Positions 9,705-20,377 of a stretch of 64,000 bases of DNA are shown here, one piece after another; the first letter of the stretch is position 1, and every line of letters starts with the position of its first letter. Where the stretch lies: positions 5,045-69,044 of the forward strand of contig JACVZY010000095.1 in the NCBI GenBank assembly GCA_014654705.1. The letters run 5' to 3'. The notes beneath the pieces were generated by a model, which was not told the origin of the DNA, ran no database searches, and saw only the letters and a program-made list of their open reading frames with translations. The DNA is from Ignavibacteria bacterium (GTDB lineage: Bacteria > Bacteroidota > Ignavibacteria > Kapaibacteriales > UBA4661). The position numbers and the translations under genes were made by a program.

Positions 9705-11009
9705 TTACGATTCTTCCAATTCTGCTGCCTGCTTTTTTTTCTTGAAGGGGCGAACTATCAATCGCGTCCCTCGGTCATAGCTGAGATAATTCCAAACCCA
9801 GTTCGTTAATACAATAAGTTTATTGCGGAAGCCGACGAGCATAAGCAAGTGCAGCCCTAGCCACGCTACCCACGCAAGCCAGCCTTGGAAGCGCACTTTG
9901 TGGATGTCCACGACCGCCTTGTTGCGCCCGACGGTCGCCATCGAGCCTTTGTCGAAATAGCGGAATGCTTCCAATTCCTGTCCCGCAAGCAATTTCGGAA
10001 AATTACGTGCCAAAAGCTGCCCTTGCTGCATTGCCACAGGCGCAACCATCGGATGCCCGTTCGGAAAGCGTTCATCGGTGCCGGGCATAGCGGCTACGTC
10101 GCCGATAGCAAAGATATTCGTGTGTCCTTCCACACGATTATACGCATCCACTTTGATACGATTTCCACGCTGAATCACGCTTTTGTCCAAGCCCTGCGGC
10201 ATTTCGCCAACTACGCCCGCCGCCCAAATAAGCGTCTTGGAGGTAATTGCCGAACCATCTTGGAGTTTAATTGCCGAGCCGTCGTAATCCTTCACCGCTG
10301 CGCCCAAAAGCACGTTCACGCCGAGTTGCTGCAAGAACTGAACCGCTTTTTCGCCAGCCACATCGGACATTCCGTTCAAGAGCCGTGGCGAGGCTTCGAG
10401 CAGGTAAATTCGCATCAGGCGCAAATCCAGTTCGGGAAAATCGTGCTGCAAGACGTGTTTTTTGAGTTCCGCCAGAGCGCCTGCCGTTTCTACGCCCGTC
10501 GGACCGCCACCCACGACCACAAAGGTCATCAGTTCCTGGCGCTCTTTTGTGTCGTCAGTCAGCGTCGCTTCCTCAAACGCTTGTAAAATGGTGCTGCGAA
10601 GATTGAGCGCTTCCGAGACACTTTTCATGGGCATTGCATTATCGGCAACGGTTTTCATACCGAAGAAATTGGTCGTGCTACCGCTTGCGAAGACGAGATA
10701 ATCGTACTCAAGCTCTCCAATGCTTGTTTCTATAGTTTTTGTTTCGGGAATAATGCGCTGCACTTCGCCCCAACGGAAAAACATATTGCGTTGCTTTTTG
10801 AAGACTTTGCGAAGCGGGAAAGCGATAGAATCCGGCTCCAAACCAGCTGTGGAGACTTGATACAATAAGGGCTGAAAGGTGTGGTAGTTATTGCGGTCGA
10901 AAAGGACAACCTGCACCGGCGCTTTGGCAAGCAACCGCGCAAGCTGAATCCCACCAAAGCCGCCACCGACAATGACGACGCGGGGTTTATCTGTTTTGGG
11001 GATGTTCAT
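9705..11009 (-). CDS. ndh: Type II NADH dehydrogenase (NAD(P)/FAD-dependent oxidoreductase)
   Basis: Two Rossmann motifs (GGGFGG, VGGGPTGVE), FQPLLYQV, FAIGD and YFDKGSMATVGR. Confidence 0.9.
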   Translation of the reverse strand: MNIPKTDKPRVVIVGGGFGGIQLARLLAKAPVQVVLFDRNNYHTFQPLLYQVSTAGLEPDSIAFPLRKVFKKQRNMFFRWGEVQRIIPETKTIETSIGELEYDYLVFASGSTTNFFGMKTVADNAMPMKSVSEALNLRSTILQAFEEATLTDDTKERQELMTFVVVGGGPTGVETAGALAELKKHVLQHDFPELDLRLMRIYLLEASPRLLNGMSDVAGEKAVQFLQQLGVNVLLGAAVKDYDGSAIKLQDGSAITSKTLIWAAGVVGEMPQGLDKSVIQRGNRIKVDAYNRVEGHTNIFAIGDVAAMPGTDERFPNGHPMVAPVAMQQGQLLARNFPKLLAGQELEAFRYFDKGSMATVGRNKAVVDIHKVRFQGWLAWVAWLGLHLLMLVGFRNKLIVLTNWVWNYLSYDRGTRLIVRPFKKKKQAAELEES

Positions 11010-11111
11010 GGTACAACCAATGCAAAAAGGTACAATCGTGATTTTGATGATAAGACGGGTAAACAATCGAATTTGTGACAAGAATTTTTCCCGTGCAGGC
11101 AAAAGTCCAAG

Positions 11112-12338
11112 CTATGCGGGTCTTGGTATGTTTTTTGAAGCGAGCAGCGAATCATAAAAGCGAATCTGCTGCGCGGCTATGCCCTCCCATGTGTAGCGCT
11201 CCAGCGCAATACGACGTGCTTCTTCGCCTAAACGCTTCTTTAACGCAGGATTTGCAAGCAACATACCGATTTTTTCAACAAATTCTTCGGGTGTTTCAGC
11301 AAAGAGGATGCTCTCACCGTCTCGTACTGCAATGCCTTCCGCACCGATGCGCGTGGATACAATCGGCATTCCGAGCGCCATTGCTTCCACGATTTTGAGA
11401 CGCATACCGCCACCGCTCAGAAGCGGTACGATGAGTATTTCGTGCGACTGCATAAACACCGGTGCGGACGGCACGTCGGGATGCGTGAAGACGCTTTGTT
11501 GCTGCCCGTATTCCAGTATCTCCGGCGACATCCGTTTTCCGGCAAGATGAAATTCCACGTCAGGAAGTTTTTCACGTACAAGTGGCATCACATCACGGAC
11601 GAACCACTGCATTGCTTCGATATTTGGCATCCAGTCCATACCGCCAATATAGCAAATAGTGTTTGGTTTGGGTGAAATGGTAGGATTTGGCGCAAAATCT
11701 CGGACATCAGCACCTGCCGGAATCACTTCCATTGCGCCGTCGTAGCCCATAGCGCGTATCTGTGCGGCATCCTCTGGCGTGATAGCGATAACGCCGTCGC
11801 ACTCAGCAAAGAAGCGCTTCTCAAATGCCTTCATGCGCTCCGCGGCATAGCGGCGATACCAACGGCGCAAGAGCATCGTTTCATGCTTGGCAAGACGCTC
11901 TTGAATCATATACTCAACGTTGTGCGTTCTCAGCACCACGAGTGGACGCTCTGGTAAATGCTGACGAATTGTGCGGGCGTACCAGGCAACAAGCGTGTGG
12001 TCAATATGCACCACATCCACAGGCGTTGAGCGGAGCGTGCGCAAGAGCAATTCCTCCAATGGCTTGGAATAGAAACGACTCGTAATATACGATTCGCCGC
12101 GAAGAGCGCTCCAAAGCGCACCCGCAGCTGTGATGTCGGTATTGACATCAACGGTTTGAATACTCGTGCAAACCTCACGCAAGACTTCGGGCGGCTGGTA
12201 ATGCTTTTTGGTATTGAGCGCCAGCACGTGTAGTTCGTGCCCGGCACGGTGCAGGTATTTGAGCGTGTTGTAGGTGAGAATCGCCCCGCCGTCGGTGGGT
12301 GGATAGGGAATGCGGGAGAGAATGGCGAGGATGCGCAT
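11112..12338 (-). CDS. Glycosyltransferase family 4
   Basis: PYPPTDGG, HNVE and GGMRLKIVEAMALGMPIVST. Confidence 0.88.
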   Translation of the reverse strand: MRILAILSRIPYPPTDGGAILTYNTLKYLHRAGHELHVLALNTKKHYQPPEVLREVCTSIQTVDVNTDITAAGALWSALRGESYITSRFYSKPLEELLLRTLRSTPVDVVHIDHTLVAWYARTIRQHLPERPLVVLRTHNVEYMIQERLAKHETMLLRRWYRRYAAERMKAFEKRFFAECDGVIAITPEDAAQIRAMGYDGAMEVIPAGADVRDFAPNPTISPKPNTICYIGGMDWMPNIEAMQWFVRDVMPLVREKLPDVEFHLAGKRMSPEILEYGQQQSVFTHPDVPSAPVFMQSHEILIVPLLSGGGMRLKIVEAMALGMPIVSTRIGAEGIAVRDGESILFAETPEEFVEKIGMLLANPALKKRLGEEARRIALERYTWEGIAAQQIRFYDSLLASKNIPRPA

Positions 12339-12427
12339 GGCGCTTTACGGTTTTTGTTATCGTCGCAAGGCAGTTACTTCAGATAAAAACTGGCAATGGT
12401 TTTTATCCGAAGGAACGTTAGCATATC

Positions 12428-13027
12428 TTACGGCTTAAATGATAGAAGTGAGAAACTAGCGGACTCATATCTACCGCCAGCAAAGCAGTTAGTTAAGCCA
12501 ATTTTCTTGATCAAAACTCCATTGCCCGACAAGATTGTATCGCTTTTATCCGATAAATCGAATATTTGGAAATCAAAAGGGGAAATCGCTTTGTAAGAGA
12601 TGCTTAATATTCTTGAAGAAATTCCAACAACAAGTGTATCTGTGCGATAAGAGTAAAAATTGTATTGGTTAGATACCCATCCCGCGTAGGATGTTAATGT
12701 TTCAGTATAGCTATCCGTTGTATCTCGAACGATGCTCTGCAAAACGCAATATGTAGAATCAGGGTTTACGCTCTGGATGCGTTTTATTGACCATCGCTGA
12801 TAACCTGTAACATAAGTTCTACGCCAGACATAACCCAGAGGTAATGTTGAGGAGCGCGGTCCGTCGTTAGACGAAGATTTCCACCTATATTCCCATTGAG
12901 CAGTTGTGTTTGAGGGAAAATAGGGAGAAATATCTAATGTGCGTTGTGGAGGACTAAGTATATCACAGGCAATACAAAATACTGCTGTGAAACAAAGGGC
13001 GGCAATATGCAAGAATCGTGCAAACAT
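12428..13027 (-). CDS. Hypothetical lipoprotein (AT-rich)
   Basis: 199-aa ORF with hydrophobic N-terminus and CIAC lipobox-like site; no family recognised. Confidence 0.6.
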   Translation of the reverse strand: MFARFLHIAALCFTAVFCIACDILSPPQRTLDISPYFPSNTTAQWEYRWKSSSNDGPRSSTLPLGYVWRRTYVTGYQRWSIKRIQSVNPDSTYCVLQSIVRDTTDSYTETLTSYAGWVSNQYNFYSYRTDTLVVGISSRILSISYKAISPFDFQIFDLSDKSDTILSGNGVLIKKIGLTNCFAGGRYESASFSLLSFKP

Positions 13028-13058
13028 ATAGTAGATATTATACAGATGAAATATATTA

Positions 13059-13158
13059 CTGGCTTCGGCGGCACAGACTGAGCACCGCGCTCACCTGCCT
13101 GTGCAAGCATTGATGCGGCGCTGCGGTCATTTCGCACAGACCAGAATGCCTGTGCCGC
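13059..13158. repeat. Two degenerate REP-like palindromes
   Basis: GCGGCACAGAC...GCCTGTGC (13068-13104) and GCACAGACCAGAATGCCTGTGCCGC (13134-13158); related to the copies at 61281-61347. Confidence 0.6.
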
Positions 13159-13243
13159 GAAAGCTAGATTTTATGCACTCTTTAAGCTGTTTACCGTATC
13201 AGAATAGCTAATCCGTATAATGTCTAGTTAATGTTGCTAAATT

Positions 13244-14125
13244 TTACTCTACATTCTGAATCTGCTCACGGAGGCGCTCCAAATCTTCCTTTGCACCGAC
13301 TACTACTTGTGCAATCGTTGCGTCATTTGCTTTTGAACCCATCGTGTTGATTTCGCGGTTCATTTCTTGCAGCAGGAAGTTGATTTTGCGACCCGCTTGG
13401 TCTTTGTCTTTCAGCGCTTCGTAGAAGAATTTGATGTGGCTGCGCATACGAACACATTCTTCCGAAATGTCGTATTTATCGGCAAGCAGCACGATTTCCA
13501 TTTCGAGGCGCTGCATATCAATTTCATCGCTCTCAAAGATTTTTGCCACTTTTTCGCGCAAACGCTGGCGTTCTTGCGGGATGCGTTCTTGTGCCAGTTT
13601 TTCGATTTTGTCCACGTTCTTTTCGATATTCTTCATCACGTTGTGCAGATCGCGGCTGAGTTCGCGCCCTTCTTGCTGACGCATGATGTTCAGCTTGTCC
13701 AGTGCCATCGTGAGCGCTTTGGCGATAAGGAGCCACTCTTTTTCGCCGCTATCGTCGGAGTCGTTGCTTTTGAAAATATCGGTAAAGCGGGCAATGTCCT
13801 CAAGGCGAACAGCGTCCTTGATTTTAAGCCGCTTGCGGACTTCTTGAAGTTCATTGTAATATGCCTCGGCGAGGTCAAGATTAGCCTTGACAGGCGTAGA
13901 TTCTGCGCCCGGACCGTACTCTATCGAAATGACGATGTTGACTTTGCCGCGTGAGAGTTTGCCTTTGACAATCTCGCGCATTTCAAAATCTTTGAAATAA
14001 AATTTCTTGGGAAGATTCGAGAAAATCTCCAAAAAACGGCTATTCAAACTGCGTGCTTCCACGCTGACGCTTACGCCGTTACTGGTTGCTTCGCCTGTGC
14101 CGAAGCCGGTCATGCTGGTAATCAT
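13244..14125 (-). CDS. yicC: YicC/YloC family endoribonuclease
   Basis: MITSMTGFG, SLNSRFLE, DISEECVR and GRKINFLLQEMNREINTMGSK...REQIQNVE. Confidence 0.93.
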   Translation of the reverse strand: MITSMTGFGTGEATSNGVSVSVEARSLNSRFLEIFSNLPKKFYFKDFEMREIVKGKLSRGKVNIVISIEYGPGAESTPVKANLDLAEAYYNELQEVRKRLKIKDAVRLEDIARFTDIFKSNDSDDSGEKEWLLIAKALTMALDKLNIMRQQEGRELSRDLHNVMKNIEKNVDKIEKLAQERIPQERQRLREKVAKIFESDEIDMQRLEMEIVLLADKYDISEECVRMRSHIKFFYEALKDKDQAGRKINFLLQEMNREINTMGSKANDATIAQVVVGAKEDLERLREQIQNVE

Positions 14126-14188
14126 TCTGTGCCGATTAGGATGTGAAAGAGTAATTGTACAATGGCGAAAATACGAATCTTCCAACGA

Positions 14189-15439
14189 TTAGGAAAGGCT
14201 TTCTTGGGAAACAGGTTCTTCGGGAGTGCTTTCTGTCGGAATAACTTCATCGTCGCGGACGCGTCGCGAACCCGCATAGAGTTCATACTCCAGCAAACGG
14301 CAATCCACATCAGCATTGTAAAACTCTATGCGGCGTTTTGCTTTTAAGCCGATTTTTTTTGCCAGCTCCATATTTCCTGTGAAAATGTAGCCCGTAAAGC
14401 CCGAACAGCGCTGTTTGAAAAAGTCACCAATGGCTTTGTATGTGGCTTCAAGTTCGGTCTCATCGCCAAGACGCAAGCCGTATTCGGGATTCAGCACGAC
14501 CACCGGTTTCGTCTCTGCAAGTGGCTCCGGTAGCGTCGTTTGGGCAAACTCACATACTTCAAATGTAATAAACTGCTCCACTCCCGCCGCCCGTGCATTG
14601 TGCTGTGCCGCCTGCACCGCTTCCTCACTGATGTCGCTGGCAATAATGGGAAAAGAAAGTTCGGTACGCACAGCAGCACGGGCTTTGTCTTGAAGTGTTT
14701 TCCACGTTTTTCGTGCTTGGTGGTCATACCCCAGAATGTGCATAAAACCGAAGTTCTCGCGCAAAAGTCCCGGCGCTTGTCCCAGAGCAACGTGCGCAGC
14801 TTCGATAGCTAACGTACCGCTTCCGCACATTGGGTTCACAAAGGCAGATGATTTATCCCAGCGTGTCGCCATTACTGCCGCTGCCGCAAGGCTTTCGCGC
14901 ATTGGCGCTTTCCACGGCATCGTTCGGTAGCCGCGCTGCGAGAGTGGTTCACCCGACGTGTCGAGATAAATGTAACATTCACGGTCTTTCCAGTAAAGAA
15001 ACACCACCGCGCGACTTGTATCGGAGCCGGAATCAGGGCGTTTGCCACGTTTTTTGCGGATGCGGTCAACAATCGCGTCTTTACATTTTACGTTAGCAAA
15101 AAGGCTGTTATTGATGCTTTCGGTATCCACTGCTGAAATTACGCTCAGGTAACCGTCGTCGGGGATAATGGCTTCCCAATCAATCGTCATCAGGCTTTTG
15201 TAGAGGTCGTCCGGCGAATGAAGATAAAATTTTTGTATCTGAAAAAGAACCCGGTGCCCCGTGCGAATGTGCAAATTCAGCCGCATTGCGTCAGCAAAGG
15301 TTCCTTCGGTAGTAATGCCCGCCGGTGCTTCTTCCAGCACGGTGAAGCCCAATGCTTCTGTCTCGGCGCGAAGATAGGGTGTGATGCGCTTCGGGCAGGT
15401 GATGAGGATGCGGGTTTTGGTAGAAAAGCGGTTCAGCAT
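14189..15439 (-). CDS. THUMP-domain class I SAM-dependent RNA methyltransferase (RlmL-like)
   Basis: DTSGEPLSQRGYR, APMRESLAAA, PMCGSGTLAIEAA and NPEYG. Confidence 0.88.
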   Translation of the reverse strand: MLNRFSTKTRILITCPKRITPYLRAETEALGFTVLEEAPAGITTEGTFADAMRLNLHIRTGHRVLFQIQKFYLHSPDDLYKSLMTIDWEAIIPDDGYLSVISAVDTESINNSLFANVKCKDAIVDRIRKKRGKRPDSGSDTSRAVVFLYWKDRECYIYLDTSGEPLSQRGYRTMPWKAPMRESLAAAAVMATRWDKSSAFVNPMCGSGTLAIEAAHVALGQAPGLLRENFGFMHILGYDHQARKTWKTLQDKARAAVRTELSFPIIASDISEEAVQAAQHNARAAGVEQFITFEVCEFAQTTLPEPLAETKPVVVLNPEYGLRLGDETELEATYKAIGDFFKQRCSGFTGYIFTGNMELAKKIGLKAKRRIEFYNADVDCRLLEYELYAGSRRVRDDEVIPTESTPEEPVSQESLS

Positions 15440-15475
15440 GGTAAAGGTCAATGATGGTAATCAGTGTAAAAAAGT

Positions 15476-16375
15476 TTATCCTCGAAATCCGAGCATTCCC
15501 AGAGTGGGCTTCATTGCGCGGTTATGCGTTGCGCTGCGTTTTGTGAGTTCACTGGCAAAGTTGGTAAAATCATCTTTCATCAAGCCGTAGCGCCCGATAT
15601 TGCTGCCGTCGCGCTTATTGCCGCCATGAAAATCCGAGCCGCCGGTCGTGAGCAAACCGTACTGTTCGGCGAGCAGCGCATACAAGCGGCAAACGTCGGT
15701 GTCATGCGAAGGATGATGCAACTCCACGCCATCCAAACCTGCTTCCAGCATGGTCTCGAATTGCTCTCCCGAGATGACTTTTGCCGGATGTGCCACGACA
15801 GCCACGCCGCCCGCATCATGAATAAGCTGAATAGCATCTTTCACGGGAAATTCCCATTTAGCACTAAACGCAATGGCATCATCTGCCAAGTATTTATCGA
15901 ATGCCTCGCGAGTGGTGCGCACGATTCCTCTTTTTTGCATCGCCAGCGCAATATGCTGTCGTCCGATAACGCCTTCGCCCGCGATTTCGCGGACATCGCG
16001 TATCGTTAATTTTTTAATGCCAAGTTCGCGCAGCCGAGCAATAATACGCTCCGCACGTTCATTGCGATAGGTGCGTGCACGATGGGCATAGTCCAAAAGA
16101 GCATGGTTGCTTGTGTCCACAGCATAGCCGAGGATGTGAATTTCTCGCCCTTCCAAGGTTGCACTTATTTCAATGCCGCTTGTAAACCACATTTTGCGCT
16201 CTTTAGCAGCAGCGCGGGCTTCTTCTACACCCGCTACGGTGTCATGGTCGGTAATGGCAATGGCTTTCACGCCACGCTCAAAGGCACGCTGCACGAGGGC
16301 ATTTGGCGCAAGAGAGCCATCGGAGGCAGTAGTGTGCGTGTGCAAATCAGCATGAATAGTTCCGCGTTGAGGCAT
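15476..16375 (-). CDS. PHP domain phosphoesterase (TrpH/YciV-like)
   Basis: DLHTHTTASDG, AITDHD, HILGY, AHP and TGGSDFHG. Confidence 0.9.
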   Translation of the reverse strand: MPQRGTIHADLHTHTTASDGSLAPNALVQRAFERGVKAIAITDHDTVAGVEEARAAAKERKMWFTSGIEISATLEGREIHILGYAVDTSNHALLDYAHRARTYRNERAERIIARLRELGIKKLTIRDVREIAGEGVIGRQHIALAMQKRGIVRTTREAFDKYLADDAIAFSAKWEFPVKDAIQLIHDAGGVAVVAHPAKVISGEQFETMLEAGLDGVELHHPSHDTDVCRLYALLAEQYGLLTTGGSDFHGGNKRDGSNIGRYGLMKDDFTNFASELTKRSATHNRAMKPTLGMLGFRG

Positions 16376-16382
16376 AGCTTGT

Positions 16383-16428
16383 AAAAAAAATCTGCCGGAA
16401 GACGCTTTATCGCTGGCTTCCGGCAGAT
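16383..16428 (-). terminator. Intrinsic terminator after the amino acid permease
   Basis: ATCTGCCGGAAG...CTTCCGGCAGAT stem with an A8 tract on the + strand side. Confidence 0.75.
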
Positions 16429-16478
16429 GAATTGATTGTGCAATTCAGAAATAATACAGAAACAGAGAGAAGATTATG

Positions 16479-17975
16479 TTAGTTCTTGCTCGGTTCATTT
16501 TGGATTTTGCTATGTTTTGCTCCATAGAAGAAATACACTGCAATACCAATAACCATCCACCCAATGAGAAGTACCCACGCAAAGCTATTCACAAATGCCA
16601 TACAGCCAAGGCAAGCAATAATACCCGCAACAGGGATGTACGGTGAGAATGGTGTCTTGAAGGGGCGATCCATTGTGGAGTGGGTACGGCGGAGAATAAT
16701 GACCGCCAAGCAAACCATTGCAAACGCAAGAAGTGTGCCGAGCGAAACCAATTTAGACAAAATACCAATCGGGAAGACTGCAGCAAGTAGCATTGCAACG
16801 CCACCGGTGATAATAGTCGAAATATACGGTGTTTTGAATTTCGGATGCACTTTTGAGAATGCGGGAGGGAGCAAGCCATCGTTTGCCATAGAAAAGAAAA
16901 TACGTGGTTGTCCCAAGAGCATGACCAGCACAACCGAACTCAAGCCTGCAATAGCGCCAAGTTTGATAATTGGCGAAAGCCATGTTAAGCCTGTTGCATC
17001 AATACCAACGGCAATCGGGTCAGGAACTGCCAATTGCGGAAACGGTACAATACCGGTCAATACAAGCCCGACGGCAATGTAGAGAATTGTACAAATGATC
17101 AATGATCCTAAAATGCCGATTGGCAAATCGCGCTGTGGATTTTTCGCCTCTTGCGCAGCCGTCGAAACGGCGTCAAAACCGATGTAGGCGAAGAAAATTA
17201 CCGCTGCTCCACGGAAAATACCTGTATAACCGAAATGCCCGAAGTCGCTTGAGGTCAAAAATGACCACAAACCATTGTCAAGCGTACCCTTGTTTTCGGG
17301 TATGAACGGTACCCAATTTGCCGTATTCACATACGATACGCCGGCAATAAGGAACATAAGAATTGCCGTTGTTTTGATAGCAACAATGATATTGTTAAAA
17401 CGCGCAGATTCTTGAACACCGATAACAAGAATTGTCGTTACAATAGCGACGATAGCCATTGCGGGTAAGTTGACAATCGCACCTGTTGTATGAAAGCGCA
17501 ATACATCGTCGTAGGCAAAAGGAGCGCTCGTCAGAGCAGGCGGAATGACAATCCCCAAAGGTTTGAGGAAACTCACGATATATCCCGACCAACCCACCGA
17601 TACTGTGGAAGCAGCAAAAAGATATTCGATAATCAAGTCCCAGCCGATAATCCAAGCAAAGAACTCGCCCACCGTCGCGTATGAGTATGTGTACACACTT
17701 CCCGCGACCGGTATCATGGATGCAAGTTCTGCATAGCACAATCCGGCGCAAGCGCAGGCAAATGCTGCGATGACAAACGAAATGGTAATTGCCGGACCCG
17801 CATACTGCGAAGCCACTTCACCCGTCAACACAAATATACCAGCACCGATAATTGCACCGATACCCAGCAAAATAAGGTTTACTGCACCCAACGAACGCTT
17901 CAGTCCACCCTCATGCGAGGCGTTTGCGGTCTTGATGAGTTCAGCTAGATTTTTTCGAGCGGTAAGGTTTGCCAT
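16479..17975 (-). CDS. APC superfamily amino acid permease (cationic amino acid transporter-like)
   Basis: GAIIGAGIF, CYAELASMIPVAGSVY and FFAYIGFDAVSTAAQEAKNP; about 12 TM helices. Confidence 0.93.
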   Translation of the reverse strand: MANLTARKNLAELIKTANASHEGGLKRSLGAVNLILLGIGAIIGAGIFVLTGEVASQYAGPAITISFVIAAFACACAGLCYAELASMIPVAGSVYTYSYATVGEFFAWIIGWDLIIEYLFAASTVSVGWSGYIVSFLKPLGIVIPPALTSAPFAYDDVLRFHTTGAIVNLPAMAIVAIVTTILVIGVQESARFNNIIVAIKTTAILMFLIAGVSYVNTANWVPFIPENKGTLDNGLWSFLTSSDFGHFGYTGIFRGAAVIFFAYIGFDAVSTAAQEAKNPQRDLPIGILGSLIICTILYIAVGLVLTGIVPFPQLAVPDPIAVGIDATGLTWLSPIIKLGAIAGLSSVVLVMLLGQPRIFFSMANDGLLPPAFSKVHPKFKTPYISTIITGGVAMLLAAVFPIGILSKLVSLGTLLAFAMVCLAVIILRRTHSTMDRPFKTPFSPYIPVAGIIACLGCMAFVNSFAWVLLIGWMVIGIAVYFFYGAKHSKIQNEPSKN

Positions 17976-18135
17976 TACCCGTCTCCTCTCTAAATGGAAA
18001 AAGTTATGAAACTATTGATAGAACACACGGATTATTCACGTTTTTGAATTTTGATTGATAGGTTTTGAAGGTCAACGCGCGGAATTGAGTATTCACCACT
18101 CGAAATCTTTCGAGTTCATGGTAGCTCAAGAGCAT

Positions 18136-19176
18136 TTAGCTAAAACTGCCGCCGCCACCGGATTCTTCGCGTTGACGCTTGCGGCGACGCAAGAACCACC
18201 ACGTTCCGGCACCGCCGGCAATGACTACAAACCAAATAAAGCCGTTTCCGCTGGATTTGCTTTTTTCACGTTCTTGGCGTTCACGGAGTTCTTCTTCTGC
18301 TTTAATGCGGTCTTCTTCGGTTTTATCTTTTACGCCGAGTGCTTCATTGCTCAAAACAACGGTCGAATCAACTCCGGCAGGCATATAGGTTGTATCGCGT
18401 ACGCCACCTTTTTCGCGTTCAAGCTGAGCGACGCGGGCTTCCAATTCGCGAAGTCGCTGTGCTGCTTGTGGGTCGGATTGGGCTGCTGTTTGCATATCGG
18501 TTCGATATGCCATCATGCTAGGCGTATTCCAATGATTGTAGTAAAACATCGCATTCTGCTGTGCTTGCAAATTCTGAAGCGCCGAAAGCATAAAAAGCGT
18601 GCTAAACATCCCGTAACTGGGGCTTGTGTAGCCGATATACGACGGAGCAACGTAGCCCATACCCGAATAGTAGCTGTTGCGGCGGTTATAAACGTCGTTG
18701 TAGGAGTAGTTGTAGTTGCGCGGAATCATGGCGCTTGAACGGCTATAGCCAACGGCGTTGGAGCTGCCTTTGTAGGAATACGTTTGTCCACCGTAGGTCT
18801 CTTTGCGCGGGATACCATAGCTTTTTGCAGCGGAACTGCCCGATGAGCGGCTTACCGAGGAAGGCGAAGACGAGCGTGACCCGCCAAAAACCGAACCTGA
18901 GCCACTGGAGCGTGACCCGCCAAACGCACCGCCGGAGGAAGACGGTGAAGAAGAGCGTGGCGGTGGTGAATATGATGAGCCACTGGAGCGAGAACCGCCA
19001 AAACTTGACGACGGGCGCGACGAAGGTGTCGGCGAGGAATATGATTTCGAGGGTGAGGAATATGACCGCGACGGCGATGAAGACCGCGAGCCGCCAAAAC
19101 TGCTCCGGCGTTGTGCGAGGGCAGCATCGGCAACAAAAAATGTCAACAATAGTGTCAAGCAAGCAATGAAGCGCAT
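18136..19176 (-). CDS. Hypothetical exported, membrane-anchored low-complexity protein
   Basis: Signal peptide, four FGGSRS repeats in a Ser-rich tract, Tyr-rich region, coiled coil, C-terminal TM helix followed by RRRKR. Confidence 0.75.
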   Translation of the reverse strand: MRFIACLTLLLTFFVADAALAQRRSSFGGSRSSSPSRSYSSPSKSYSSPTPSSRPSSSFGGSRSSGSSYSPPPRSSSPSSSGGAFGGSRSSGSGSVFGGSRSSSPSSVSRSSGSSAAKSYGIPRKETYGGQTYSYKGSSNAVGYSRSSAMIPRNYNYSYNDVYNRRNSYYSGMGYVAPSYIGYTSPSYGMFSTLFMLSALQNLQAQQNAMFYYNHWNTPSMMAYRTDMQTAAQSDPQAAQRLRELEARVAQLEREKGGVRDTTYMPAGVDSTVVLSNEALGVKDKTEEDRIKAEEELRERQEREKSKSSGNGFIWFVVIAGGAGTWWFLRRRKRQREESGGGGSFS

Positions 19177-19270
19177 TACAGCCTCCTGAAAAGGATAGGA
19201 ACAAGGGTTTATCTAAATGTCCAAAAGTCTGCGAATATGCACTAAAGTTGTGTTATTCGCGCCAAAAGAG

Positions 19271-20290
19271 TTACACTTCCGATTCGCGTGCTATTTTTCC
19301 ACTGAGTTGCTGGCTTAACAGCTCAACGTCCGCATCAACCATGATGCGTACAAGGTCTTTGAAGGAAGTTTTCGCCTGCCAGCCAAACGCTTTTTGTGCC
19401 TTGGAAGCGTCACCAATAAGCAAATCTACTTCGGCGGGACGGAAATAGCGCGGGTCAATTTTAACGTGCTTTTCCCAATCCAAACCCGCGTAGGTAAAAG
19501 ATTCTTCGAGAAATTCACGGACGGAGTGCGTTTCGCCGGTGGCAATTACATAATCGTCTGCATCGGGCTGCTGAAGCATCATCCACATTGCTTCCACGTA
19601 TTCTTTTGCATAGCCCCAATCGCGCTTAGCATCAAGATTGCCAAGGTAAAGTGCATCCTGCAAACCTGCTTTGATGCGGGCGATAGCACGTGTAATCTTG
19701 CGAGTAACAAAGGTTTCGCCACGGCGCGGGGATTCGTGATTGAACAAAATTCCATTACAGGCAAACATATTATACGACTCGCGGTAATTCACCGTCAGCC
19801 AATACGCATACACCTTTGCGGCAGCGTAGGGGCTGCGCGGGTAGAACGGCGTAGTTTCATTTTGCGGAACAGCCTGTACCAATCCATACATTTCGCTTGA
19901 GGAGGCTTGGTAAAATTTTGCTTTCACGCCCGTTTCACGAATAGCGTCCAGAAGGCGTAGCGTGCCTAGCCCCGTAACATCACCCGTATATTCGGGGGTG
20001 TCGAAGCTAACGCGGACATGGCTTTGTGCGCCTAAGTGATAGATTTCGTCCGGTGCAACTTTTTCAATCAGGCGGCTCAAGTTTGATGAATCCGAGAGGT
20101 CGCCGTAGTGGAGAAAGAGACGTATTCCTGCGGTGTGCGGGTCATTGTAGATGTGGTCAATCCGTGAGGTATTGAAGGTGGAAGCACGGCGAATAATGCC
20201 ATGAACTTCATAACCTTTTTCCAACAAAAATTCTGCTAAGTAGGAACCGTCTTGTCCGGTGATACCGGTGATAAGTGCTTTTTTTGCCAT
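19271..20290 (-). CDS. gmd: GDP-mannose 4,6-dehydratase
   Basis: [31 protein letters not shown] and [15 protein letters not shown]. Confidence 0.97.
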   Translation of the reverse strand: MAKKALITGITGQDGSYLAEFLLEKGYEVHGIIRRASTFNTSRIDHIYNDPHTAGIRLFLHYGDLSDSSNLSRLIEKVAPDEIYHLGAQSHVRVSFDTPEYTGDVTGLGTLRLLDAIRETGVKAKFYQASSSEMYGLVQAVPQNETTPFYPRSPYAAAKVYAYWLTVNYRESYNMFACNGILFNHESPRRGETFVTRKITRAIARIKAGLQDALYLGNLDAKRDWGYAKEYVEAMWMMLQQPDADDYVIATGETHSVREFLEESFTYAGLDWEKHVKIDPRYFRPAEVDLLIGDASKAQKAFGWQAKTSFKDLVRIMVDADVELLSQQLSGKIARESEV

Positions 20291-20377
20291 AGTGCGAATT
20301 ATTGAAGCCTTGTTGGTTAGTGCAGTATCGTGTGTTGTATCACTTGGGAGTGATGTGTGTTTGTTGTTGCTCGTTGG

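Noticed and set aside
18624-19169. + strand ORF with repeated SHWS/TRQ units
   Set aside because: Shadow of the FGGSRS repeats in the minus-strand gene.
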